From NCBI GenBank assembly GCA_964016885.1, contig OZ024740.1:251968001-252032000 (forward strand): a stretch of DNA of 64,000 nt. The letters are read 5' to 3'. How positions within the stretch are numbered: position 1 is the stretch's first letter; every line of letters begins with the position of its first letter. This document shows positions 44,301 through 56,651 of this stretch, one piece after another. Both the position numbers and the translations under genes were made by a program. Source of the stretch: Eledone cirrhosa. Lineage: Eukaryota. Below the pieces are notes generated by a model. The model was given only the letters and a program-made list of their open reading frames with translations, was not told the DNA's origin and did no database searches.

Positions 44301-45100
44301 TCCCCTTGGACGGCTGGAAATTATCTCCCCTTGGACGGCTAGAAATTACCTCTCCTTGGACGGCTGAAAATTATCTCCCCTTGGACGGCTGGAAATTATC
44401 TCCCCTTGATTTTTTTACAAATTATCTCCCCCTGATTTTTTTTTACAAATTATCTCCCCCTGATTTTTTTTTACAAATTATCTCCCACTGATTTTTTTTT
44501 ACAAATTATCTCCCCCTGATTTTTTTTTTACAAATTATCTCCGCCTGATTTTTTTAAAAAAATTATCTCCCCTTGGACGGCTGGAAATTATCTCCCCTTG
44601 GACGGCTGGAAATTATCTCCCCTTGGACGGCTAGAAATTACCTCTCCTTGGACGGCTGAAAATTATCTCCCCTTGGACGGCTGCAAATTATCTCCCCTTG
44701 ATTTTTTTTACAAATTATCTCCCCCTGATTTTTTTTACAAATTATCTCCCCCTGATTTTTTTTACAAATTATCTCCCCCTGATTTTTAAAAAAAAAATTA
44801 TCTCCCCTTCGCTGGCTGGAAATTATCTCCCCTTGGACGCTGGAAATTATAGCCCCTTGGAGGGCTGGAAATTATCTTCCCTTGGACGGCTGGAAATTAT
44901 CTTCCCTTGGACGGCTGGAAATTATCTCCCCTTGATTTTTTTTACAAATTATCTCCCCCTGATTTTTTTTTACAAATTATCTCCCCCTGATTTTTTTTTA
45001 CAAATCATCTCCCCCTGATTTTTTTTTTACAAATTATCTCCGCTTGATTTTTTAAAAAAAATTATCTCCCCTTGGACGGCTGGAAATTATCTCCCCTTGG
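37370..45100 (+). repeat. Tandem duplication, 3865 bp x2
   Basis: 3865 offsets: markers 37672/41537 (CAAATTAACT), 38332/42197, 41141/45006; ORF starts 37735/41600 and 40292/44157. Confidence 0.9.
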
Positions 45101-46830
45101 ACGGCTGGAAATTATCTCCCCTTGGACGGCTAGAAATTATCTCTCCTTGGACGGCTGAAAATTATCTCCCCTTGGACGGCTGCAAATTATCTCCCCTTGA
45201 TTTTTTTTACAAATTATCTCCCCCTGATTTTTTTTTACAAATTATCTCCCCCTGATTTTTTTTTACAAATTATCTACCCCTGATTTTTTTTACAAATTAT
45301 CTCCCCCTGATTTTTTTTACAAATTATCTCCCCCTGATTTTTCTTTTACAAATTATCTCCCCCTGATTTTTTTACAAATTATCTCCCCCTGATTTTTTTT
45401 ACAAATTATCTCCGCCTGATTTTTTTAAATATTATCTTCCCTTGGCTGGCGGGAAATTATCTCCCCTTGGACGGCTGGAAATTATCTGCCCTTGATTTTG
45501 TTTTTACAAATTATCTTCCACTGATTTTTTTTACAAATTATCTCCACCTGATTTTTTAAAAAATTATCTCCCCTTGGAAGGCTGGAAATTATCTCCCCTT
45601 GGACGGCTAGAAATTATCTCTCTTTGGACGGCTGGAAATTATCTCCCCTTGATTTTTTTTACAAATTATCTCCCCCTGATTTTCTTTACAAATATCCCAG
45701 TGATTTTTTTTAAAAAATTATCTCCCCTTCGCTGGCTGGAAATTATCTCCCCTTGGACGCTGGAAATTATAGCCCCTTGGAGGGCTGGAAATTATCTTCC
45801 CTTGGACGGCTGGAAATTATCTCCCCTTGATTTTTTTTACAAATTATCTCCCCCTGATTTTTTTTTACAAATTATCTCCCCCTGATTTTTTTTACAAATT
45901 ATCTCCCCCTGATTTTTTTTTACAACTTATCTCCGCCTGATTTTTTTTAAAAAATCATCTCCCCTTGGACGGCTGGAAATTATCTCCCCTTGGACGGCTG
46001 GAAATTATCTCTCCTTGGACGGCTAGAAATTACCTCTCCTTGGACGGCTGAAAATTATCTCCCCTTGGACGGCTGGAAATTATCTCCCCTTGATTTTTTT
46101 TACAAATTATCTTCCCCTGATTTTTTTTACAAATTATCTCCCCTGATTTTTTTTTACAAATTATCTCCCCCTGATTTTTTTTACAAATTATCTCCCCCTG
46201 ATTTTTTTACAAATTATCTCCCCTTGGCTGGCTGGAAATTATCTCCCCTTGGAGGCAGGAATTTATCTCCCCTTGGACGGCTAGAAATTACCTCTCCTTG
46301 GACGGCTGGAAAATATGTCTCCTTGGGCGGCTGGAAATTATCTCCCCTTGGACGGCTGGAAATTATCTCCCCTTGGACGGCTGGAAATTATCTCCCCTTG
46401 GACGGCTAGAAATTACCTCTCCTTGGACGGCTGAAAATTATCTCCCCTTGGACGGCTGGAAATTATCTCCCCTTGATTTTTTTACAAATTATCTCCCCCT
46501 GATTTTTTTTTACAAATTATCTCCCCCTGATTTTTTTTTACAAATTATCTCCCACTGATTTTTTTTTACAAATTATCTCCCCCTGATTTTTTTTTTACAA
46601 ATTATCTCCGCCTGATTTTTTTAAAAAAATTATCTCCCCTTGGACGGCTGGAAATTATCTCCCCTTGGACGGCTGGAAATTATCTCCCCTTGGACGGCTA
46701 GAAATTACCTCTCCTTGGACGGCTGAAAATTATCTCCCCTTGGACGGCTGCAAATTATCTCCCCTTGATTTTTTTTACAAATTATCTCCCCCTGATTTTT
46801 TTTACAAATTATCTCCCCCTGATTTTTTTT
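42960..46830 (+). repeat. Tandem duplication, about 2.07-2.10 kb
   Basis: ORF-track offsets 43479/45574 and 43895/45990 (2095), then 44231/46298 and 44598/46665 (2067, one B monomer fewer). Confidence 0.82.
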
Positions 46831-46929
46831 ACAAATTATCTCCCCCTGATTTCTTTTTACAAATTATCTCCCCCTGATTTTTTTTACAAATTATCTCCCC
46901 CTGATTTTTTTTACAAATTATCTCCCCCT

Positions 46930-49900
46930 GATTTTTTTTACAAATTATCTCCCCCTGATTTTTTTTACAATCTCCGCCTGATTTTTTAAAAAATTATCTT
47001 CCCTTGGCTGGCGGGAAATTATCTCCCCTTGGACGGCTGGAAATTATCTCCCCTTGGACGGCTAGAAATTATCTCTCTTTGGACGGCTGGAAATTATCTC
47101 CCCTTGATTTTTTTTACAAATTATCTCCCCCTGATTTTTTTTACAAATTATCCCCGCATGATTTTTAAAAAAAAAATTATCTCCCCTTCGCTGGCTGGAA
47201 ATTATCTCCCCTTGGACGCTGGAAATTATAGCCCCTTGGAGGGCTGGAAATTATCTTCCCTTGGACGGCTGGAAATTATCTCCCCTTAATTTTTTTTACA
47301 AATTATCTCCCCCTGATTTTTTTTTACAAATTATCTCCCCCTGATTTTTTTTTACAAATTATCTCCCCCTGATTTTTTTTTTTACAAATTATCTCCGCCT
47401 GATTTTAAAAAAAAAATTATCTCCCCTTGGACGGCTGGAAATTATCTCCTCTTGGACGGCTGGAAATTATCTCCCCTTGGACGGCTAGAAATTACCTCTC
47501 CTTGGACGGCTGAAAATTATCTCCCCTTGGACGGCTGCAAATTATCTCCCCTTGATTTTTTTTACAAATTATCTCCCCCTGATTTTTTTTACAAATTATC
47601 TCCCCCTGATTTTTTTTACAAATTATCTCCCCCTGATTTTTTTTTACAAATTATCTCCCCCTGATTTTTTTTTACAAATTATCTCCCCCTGATTTTTTTT
47701 ACAAATTATCTCCCCCTGATTTTTTTTTACAAATTATCTCCCCCTGATTTTTTTTTACAAATTATCTCCCCTTGATTTTTTTTACAAATTATCTCCCCCT
47801 GATTTTTTTTTTACAAATTATCTCCCCCTGATTTTTTTACAAATTATCTCCCCCTGATTTTTTTTACAAATTATCTCCCCCTGATTTTTTTTACAAATTA
47901 TCTCCCCTTGATTTTTTTTTACAAATTATCTCCCCCTGATTTTTTTTTTACAAATTATCTCCCCCTGATTTTTTTAAAAATTATCTTCCCTTGGCTGGCG
48001 GGAAATTATCTCCCCTTGGACGGCTGGAAATTATCTCCCCTTGGAAGGATGTAAATTATCTCCCCTTGGACGGCTGGAAATTATCTCCCCTTGCACGGCT
48101 GGAAATTATCTCCCCTTGCACGGCTGGAAATTATCTCCCCTTGATTTTTTTTACAAATTATCTCCCCCTGATTTTTTTTTACAAATTATCTCCCCCTGAT
48201 TTTTTTTTACAAGTTATCTCCCCCTGATTTTTTTTACAAATTATCTCCCCCTGAATTTTAAAAAAAAAATTATCTCCCCTTCGCTGGCTGGAAATTATCT
48301 CCCCTTGGACGCTGGAAATTATAGCCCCTTGGAGGGCTGGAAATTATCTTCCCTTGGACGGCTGGAAATTATCTTCCCTTGGACGGCTGGAAATTATCTC
48401 CCCTTGATTTTTTTTACAAATTATCTCCCCCTGATTTTTTTTTACAAATTATCTCCCCCTGATTTTTTTTACAAATTATCTACCCCTGATTTTTTTTACA
48501 AATTATCTCCCCCTGATTTTTTTTTACAAATTATCTCCCTCTGATTTTTTTTTACAAATTATCTCCCCCTGATTTTTTTTTTACAAATTATCTCCCCCTG
48601 ATTTTTTTACAAATTATCTCCCCCTGATTTTTTTTACAATCTCCGCCTGATTTTTTAAAAAATTATCTTCCCTTGGCTGGCGGGAAATTATCTCCCCTTG
48701 GACGGCTGGAAATTATCTCCCCTTGGACGGCTAGAAATTATCTCTCTTTGGACGGCTGGAAATTATCTCCCCTTGATTTTTTTTACAAATTATCTCCCCC
48801 TGATTTTTTTTACAAATTATCCCCGCATGATTTTTAAAAAAAAAATTATCTCCCCTTCGCTGGCTGGAAATTATCTCCCCTTGGACGCTGGAAATTATAG
48901 CCCCTTGGAGGGCTGGAAATTATCTTCCCTTGGACGGCTGGAAATTATCTCCCCTTGATTTTTTTTACAAATTATCTCCCCCTGATTTTTTTTTACAAAT
49001 TATCTCCCCCTGATTTTTTTTTACAAATTATCTCCCCCTGATTTTTTTTTTTACAAATTATCTCCGCCTGATTTTTAAAAAAAAATTATCTCCCCTTGGA
49101 CGGCTGGAAATTATCTCCCCTTGGACGGCTGGAAATTATCTCCCCTTGGACGGCTAGAAATTACCTCTCCTTGGACGGCTGAAAATTATCTCCCCTTGGA
49201 CGGCTGCAAATTATCTCCCCTTGATTTTTTTTACAAATTATCTCCCCCTGATTTTTTTTACAAATTATCTCCCCCTGATTTTTTTTACAAATTATCTCCC
49301 CCTGATTTTTTTTTACAAATTATCTCCCCCTGATTTTTTTTTACAAATTATCTCCCCCTGATTTTTTTTACAAATTATCTCCCCCTGATTTTTTTTACAA
49401 ATTATCTCCCCCTGATTTTTTTTTACAAATTATCTCCCCTTGATTTTTTTTTACAAATTATCTCCCCCTGATTTTTTTTTTACAAATTATCTCCCCCTGA
49501 TTTTTTTACAAATTATCTCCCCCTGATTTTTTTTACAAATTATCTCCCCCTGATTTTTTTTACAAATTATCTCCCCTTGATTTTTTTTTACAAATTATCT
49601 CCCCCTGATTTTTTTTTTACAAATTATCTCCCCCTGATTTTTTTAAAAATTATCTTCCCTTGGCTGGCGGGAAATTATCTCCCCTTGGACGGCTGGAAAT
49701 TATCTCCCCTTGGAAGGATGTAAATTATCTCCCCTTGGACGGCTGGAAATTATCTCCCCTTGCAAGGCTGGAAATTATCTCCCCTTGATTTTTTTTACAA
49801 ATTATCTCCCCCTGATTTTTTTTTACAAATTATCTCCCCCTGATTTTTTTTACAAATTATCTCCCCCTGATTTTTTTTACAAATTATCTCCCCCTGATTT

Positions 49901-50090
49901 AAAAAAAAAAAATTATCTCCCCTTCGCTGGCTGGAAATTATCTCCCCTTGGACGCTGGAAATTATAGCCCCTTGGAGGGCTGGAAATTATCTTCCCTTGG
50001 ACGGCTGGAAATTATCTTCCCTTGGACGGCTGGAAATTATCTCCCCTTGATTTTTTTTACAAATTATCTCCCCCTGATTTTTTTTTACAA
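46930..50090 (+). repeat. Tandem duplication, about 1.65-1.67 kb
   Basis: Offsets 47029/48698 and 47452/49121 (1669), and 48305/49948 (1643). Confidence 0.8.
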
Positions 50091-53000
50091 ATTATCTCCC
50101 CCTGATTTTTTTTTACAAATTATCTCCCCCTGATTTTTTTTTTACAAATTATCTCCGCTTGATTTTTAAAAAAAAATTATCTCCCCTTGGACGGCTGGAA
50201 ATTATCTCCCCTTGGACGGCTGGAAATTATCTCCCCTTGGACGGCTAGAAATTATCTCTCCTTGGACGGCTGAAAATTATCTCCCCTTGGACGGCTGCAA
50301 ATTATCTCCCCTTGATTTTTTTTACAAATTATCTCCCCCTGATTTTTTTTTACAAATTATCTCCCCCTCATTTTTTTACAAATTATCTACCCCTGATTTT
50401 TTTTACAAATTATCTCCCCCTGATTTTTTTTTACAAATTATCTCCCTCTGATTTTTTTTTACAAATTATCTCCCCCTGATTTTTTTTTTACAAATTATCT
50501 CCCCCTGATTTTTTAAAAAATTATCTCCCCCTGATTTTTTTACAATCTCCGCCTGATTTTTTTAAAAATTATCTTCCCTTGGCTGGCGGGAAATTATCTC
50601 CCCTTGGACGGCTGGAAATTATCTCCCCTTGGAAGGATGGAAATTATCTCCCCTTGGACGGCAGGATATTATCTCCCCTTGCACGGCTGGAAATTATCTC
50701 CCCTTGGCTGGAAATTATCTCCCCTTGGACGGCTAGAAATTATCTCTCTTTGGACGGCTGGAAATTATCTCCCTTTGATTTTTTTTACAAATTATCTCCC
50801 TCTGATATTTTTTACAAATCTCCCCCTGATTTTTTAAAAAAAATTATCTCCCCTTCGCTGGCTGGAAATTATCTCCCCTTGGACACTGGAAATTATAGCC
50901 CCTTGGAGGGCTGGAAATTATCTTCCCTTGGACGGCTGGAAATTATCTCCCCTTGATTTTTTTTACAAATTATCTCCGCCTGATTTTTTTTAAAAATTAT
51001 CTCTCCTTGGACGGCTGGAAATTATCTCCCCTTGATTTTTTTTACAAATTATCTCCCCCTGATTTTTTTTACAAATTATCTCCCCCTGATTTTTTTTTAC
51101 AAATTATCTACCACTGATTTTTTTTACAAATTATCTCCCCCTGATTTTTTTTACAAATTATCTCCCCCTGATTTTTCTTTTACAAATTATCTCCCCCTGA
51201 TTTTTTTACAAATTATCTCCCCCTGATTTTTTTTACAAATTATCTCCGCCTGATTTTTTTAAATATTATCTTCCCTTGGCTGGCGGGAAATTACCTCCCC
51301 TTGGACGGCTGGAAATTATCTGCCCTTGATTTTGTTTTTACAAATTATCTTCCACTGATTTTTTTTACAAATTATCTCCACCTGATTTTTTAAAAAATTA
51401 TCTCCCCTTGGAAGGCTGGAAATTATCTCCCCTTGGACGGCTAGAAATTATCTCTCTTTGGACGGCTGGAAATTATCTCCCCTTGATTTTTTTTACAAAT
51501 TATCTCCCCCTGATTTTTTTTACAAATATCCCAGTGATTTTTTAAAAAAAATTATCTCCCCTTCGCTGGCTGGAAATTATCTCCCCTTGGACGCTGGAAA
51601 TTATAGCCCCTTGGAGGGCTGGAAATTATCTTCCCTTGGACGGCTGGAAATTATCTCCCCTTGATTTTTTTTACAAATTATCTCCCCCTGATTTTTTTTT
51701 ACAAATTATCTCCCCCTGATTTTTTTTTACAAATTATCTCCCCCTGATTTTTTTTTACAACTTATCTCCGCCTGATTTTTTTTAAAAAATCATCTCCCCT
51801 TGGACGGCTGGAAATTATCTCCCCTTGGACGGCTGGAAATTATCTCTCCTTGGACGGCTAGAAATTACCTCTCCTTGGACAATTGAAAATTATCTCCCCT
51901 TGGACGGCTGGAAATTATCTCCCCTTGATTTTTTTTACAAATTATCTCCCCCTGATTTTTTTTACAAATTATCTCCCCTGATTTTTTTTTACAAATTATC
52001 TCTCCCTGATTTTTTTTTACAAATTATCTCCCCCTGATTTTTTTTACAAATTATCTCCCCCTGATTTTTTTACAAATTATCTCCCCTTGGCTGGCTGGAA
52101 ATTATCTCCCCTTGGAGGCAGGAATTTATCTCCCCTTGGACGGCTAGAAATTACCTCTCCTTGGACGGCTGGAAAATATGTCTCCTTGGACGGCTGGAAA
52201 TTATCTCCCCTTGGACGGCTGGAAATTATCTCCCCTTGGACGGCTGGAAATTATCTCCCCTTGGACGGCTAGAAATTACCTCTCCTTGGACGGCTGAAAA
52301 TTATCTCCCCTTGGACGGCTGGAAATTATCTCCCCTTGATTTTTTTACAAATTATCTCCCTCTGATTTTTTTTTACAAATTATCTCCCCCTGATTTTTTT
52401 TACAAATTATCTCCCCCTGATTTTTTTTACAAATTATCTCCCCCTGATTTTTTTTACAAATTATCTCCGCCTGATTTTTATAAATATTATCTCTCCTTGG
52501 CTGGCGGGAAATTATCTCCCCTTGGACGGCTGCAAATTATCTCCGCTTGATTTTTTTTACAAATTATCTCCCCCTGATTTTTTTTTACAAATTATCTCCC
52601 CCTGATTTTTTTTACAAATTATCTCCCCCTGATTTTTTTTACAAATTATCTCCCCCTGATTTTTTTTTACAAATTATCTCCCCTTGATTTTTTTTTACAA
52701 ATTATCTCCCCCTGATTTTTTTTTTACAAATTATCTCCCCCTGATTTTTTTACAAATTATCTCCCCCTGATTTTTTTTACAAATTATCTCCCCCTGATTT
52801 TTTTTACAAATTATCTCCCCTTGATTTTTTTTTACAAATTATCTCCCCCTGATTTTTTTTTTACAAATTATCTCCCCCTGATTTTTTTAAAAATTATCTT
52901 CCCTTGGCTGGCGGGAAATTATCTCCCCTTGGACGGCTGGAAATTATCTCCCCTTGGAAGGATGTAAATTATCTCCCCTTGGACGGCTGGAAATTATCTC

Positions 53001-56000
53001 CCCTTGCACGGCTGGCAATTATCTCCCCTTGATTTTTTTTACAAATTATCTCCCCCTGATTTTTTTTTACAAATTATCTCCCCCTGATTTTTTTTTACAA
53101 ATTATCTCCCCCTGATTTTTTTTACAAATTATCTCCCCCTGATTTTTAAAAAAAAAATTATCTCCCCTTCGCTGGCTGGAAATTATCTCCCCTTGGACGC
53201 TGGAAATTATAGCCCCTTGGAGGGCTGGAAATTATCTTCCCTTGGACGGCTGGAAATTATCTTCCCTTGGACGGCTGGAAATTATCTCCCCTTGATTTTT
53301 TTTACAAATTATCTCCCCCTGATTTTTTTTTACAAATTATCTCCCCCTGATTTTTTTTTACAAATTATCTCCCCCTGATTTTTTTTTTACAAATTATCTC
53401 CGCTTGATTTTTTAAAAAAAATTATCTCCCCTTGGACGGCTGGAAATTATCTCCCCGTGGACGGCTGGAAATTATCTCCCCTTGGACGGCTAGAAATTAT
53501 CTCTCCTTGGACGGCTGAAAATTATCTCCCCTTGATTTTTTTTACAAATTATCTCCCCCTGATTTTTTTTTACAAATTATCTCCCCCTGATTTTTTTTAC
53601 AAATTATCTACCCCTGATTTTTTTTACAAATTATCTCCCTCTGATTTTTTTTTACAAATTATCTCCCTCTGATTTTTTTTTACAAATTATCTCCCCCTGA
53701 TTTTTTTTTTACAAATTATCTCCCCCTGATTTTTTTACAAATTATCTCCCCCTGATTTTTTTTACAATCTCCGCCTGATTTTTTAAAAAATTATCTTCCC
53801 TTGGCTGGCGGGAAATTATCTCCCCTTGGACGGCTGGAAATTATCTCCCCTTGGACGGCTAGAAATTATCTCTCTTTGGACGGCTGGAAATTATCTCCCC
53901 TTGATTTTTTTTACAAATTATCTCCCCCTGATTTTTTTTACAAATTATCCCCGCATGATTTTTTAAAAAAAAATTATCTCCCCTTCGCTGGCTGGAAATT
54001 ATCTCCCCTTGGACGCTGGAAATTATAGCCCCTTGGAGGGCTGGAAATTATCTTCCCTTGGACGGCTGGAAATTATCTCCCCTTGATTTTTTTTACAAAT
54101 TATCTCCCCCTGATTTTTTTTTACAAATTATCTCCCCCTGATTTTTTTTTACAAATTATCTCCCCCTGATTTTTTTTTTTACAAATTATCACCGCCTGAT
54201 TTAAAAAAAAAAATTATCTCCCCTTGGACGGCTGGAAATTATCTCCCCTTGGACGGCTGGAAATTATCTCCCCTTGGACGGCTAGAAATTACCTCTCCTT
54301 GGACGGCTGAAAATTATCTCCCCTTGGACGGCTGCAAATTATCTCCCCTTGATTTTTTTTACAAATTATCTCCCCCTGATTTTTTTTACAAATTATCTCC
54401 CCCTGATTTTTTTTACAAATTAACTCCCCCTGATTTTTTTTTACAAATTATCTCCCCCTGATTTTTTTTTACAAATTATCTCCCCCTGATTTTTTTTACA
54501 AATTATCTCCCCCTGATTTTTTTTACAAATTATCTCCCCCTGATTTTTTTTTACAAATTATCTCCCCTTGATTTTTTTTTACAAATTATCTCCCCCTGAT
54601 TTTTTTTTTACAAATTATCTCCCCCTGATTTTTTTACAAATTATCTCCCCCTGATTTTTTTTACAAATTATCTCCCCCTGATTTTTTTTACAAATTATCT
54701 CCCCCTGATTTTTTTTTTACAAATTATCTCCCCCTGATTTTTTTAAAAATTATCTTCCCTTGGCTGGCGGGAAATTATCTCCCCTTGGACGGCTGGAAAT
54801 TATCTCCCCTTGGAAGGATGTAAATTATCTCCCCTTGGACGGCTGGAAATTATCTCCCCTTGCACGGCTGGAAATTATCTCCCCTTGATTTTTTTTACAA
54901 ATTATCTCCCCCTGATTTTTTTTTACAAATTATCTCCCCCTGATTTTTTTTACAAATTATCTCCCCCTGATTTTTTTTACAAATTATCTCCCCCTGATTT
55001 TTAAAAAAAAAATTATCTCCACTTCGCTGGCTGGAAATTATCTCCCCTTGGACGCTGGAAATTATAGCCCCTTGGAGGGCTGGAAATTATCTTCCCTTGG
55101 ACGGCTGGAAATTATCTTCCCTTGGACGGCTGGAAATTATCTCCCCTTGATTTATTTTACAAATTATCTCCCCCTGATTTTTTTTTACAAATTATCTCCC
55201 CCTGATTTTTTTTTACAAATTATCTCCCCCTGATTTTTTTTTTACAAATTATCTCCGCTTGATTTTTTAAAAAAAATTATCTCCCCTTGGACGGCTGGAA
55301 ATTATCTCCCCTTGGACGGCTGGAAATTATCTCCCCTTGGACGGCTAGAAATTATCTCTCCTTGGACGGCTGAAAATTATCTCCCCTTGGACGGCTGCAA
55401 ATTATCTCCCCTTGATTTTTTTTACAAATTATCTCCCCCTGATTTTTTTTTACAAATTATCTCCCCCTGATTTTTTTTACAAATTATCTACCCCTGATTT
55501 TTTTTACAAATTATCTCCCCCTGATTTTTTTTTACAAATTATCTCCCTCTGATTTTTTTTACAAATTATCTCCCCCTGATTTTTTTTTTACAAATTATCT
55601 CCCCCTGATTTTTTTAAAAATTATCTCCCCCTGATTTTTTTACAATCTCCGCCTGATTTTTTTAAAAATTATCTTCCCTTGGCTGGCGGGAAATTATCTC
55701 CCCTTGGACGGCTGGAAATTATCTCCCCTTGGAAGGATGGAAATTATCTCCCCTTGGATGGCTGGAAATTATCTCCCCTTGCACGGCTGGAAATTATCTC
55801 CCCTTGGCTGGAAATTATCTCCCCTTGGACGGCTAGAAATTATCTCTCTTTGGACGGCTGGAAATTATCTCCCTTTGATTTTTTTTACAAATTATCTCCC
55901 TCTGATATTTTTTACAAATCTCCCCCTGATTTTTAAAAAAAAATTATCTCCCCTTCGCTGGCTGGAAATTATCTCCCCTTGGACACTGGAAATTAGAGCC

Positions 56001-56400
56001 CCTTGGAGGGCTGGAAATTATCTTCCCTTGGACGGCTGGAAATTATCTCCCCTTGATTTTTTTTACAAATTATCTCCGCCTGATTTTTTTTTAAAATTAT
56101 CTCTCCTTGGACGGCTGGAAATTATCTCCCCTTGATTTTTTTTACAAATTATCTCCCCCTGATTTTTTTTTACAAATTATCTCCCCCTGATTTTTTTTTA
56201 CAAATTATCTACCCCTGATTTTTTTTACAAATTATCTCCCCCTGATTTTTTTTACAAATTATCTCCCCCTGATTTTTCTTTTACAAATTATCTCCCCCTG
56301 ATTTTTTTACAAATTATCTCCCCCTGATTTTTTTTACAAATTATCTCCGCCTGATTTTTTTAAATATTATCTTCCCTTGGCTGGCGGGAAATTATCTCCC
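48600..56400 (+). repeat. Higher-order repeat, about 5.1 kb x1.5, related to the 5.7-kb unit at the left; last copy truncated at 56400
   Basis: Offsets 49121/54249 (5128) and 49710/54810, 49948/55048, 50579/55679 (5100). The 50.2-53.4 kb segment matches 3.6-6.8 kb at a 46627-46629 offset. Confidence 0.85.
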
Positions 56401-56651
56401 ATTTGACGACTGGAATTTATCTCCCCTTGGCCGGCTGGATATTATCTCCCCTTGGCCGACTGGAAATTATCTCCCCTTAGTCGGCTGGAAATTATCTCCC
56501 CTCGGCTGTCTGGAAATTATCTCCCATTTGACGACTGGAATTTATCTCCCCTTTGCCGGCTGGATATTATCTCCCCTTGGCCGACTGGAAATTATCTCCC
56601 CTTAGTCGGCTGGAAATTATCTCCCCTTGGCCGGCCCGAAATTATCTCCCC

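Larger units (their letters stand above)
1..56400 (+). repeat. Two-monomer satellite array (A: 25-bp AAATTATCTCCCCTTGGACGGCTGG; B: 26-30-bp AAATTATCTCCCCCTGA-T7-11-AC) in alternating blocks
   Basis: Both monomers are readable continuously from base 1 to 56400 with no unique sequence. Length divided by monomer size gives roughly 2,100 monomers. A blocks are mostly 3-5 monomers (up to 10); B blocks range from 1 to more than 15. The array continues beyond the left edge. Confidence 0.98.

Noticed and set aside
1-56400. G-quadruplex array on the minus strand
   Set aside because: The G4-5 runs are separated by about 21-25 nt, far longer than canonical loops; not supportable without biophysical data.
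1-56400. Intrinsic terminators, Pol III terminators or retroposon poly(A) tails at the T tracts
   Set aside because: No GC hairpin precedes the T runs, there are no A/B boxes or SINE body, and the tracts are integral monomer parts copied in kb-scale duplications.
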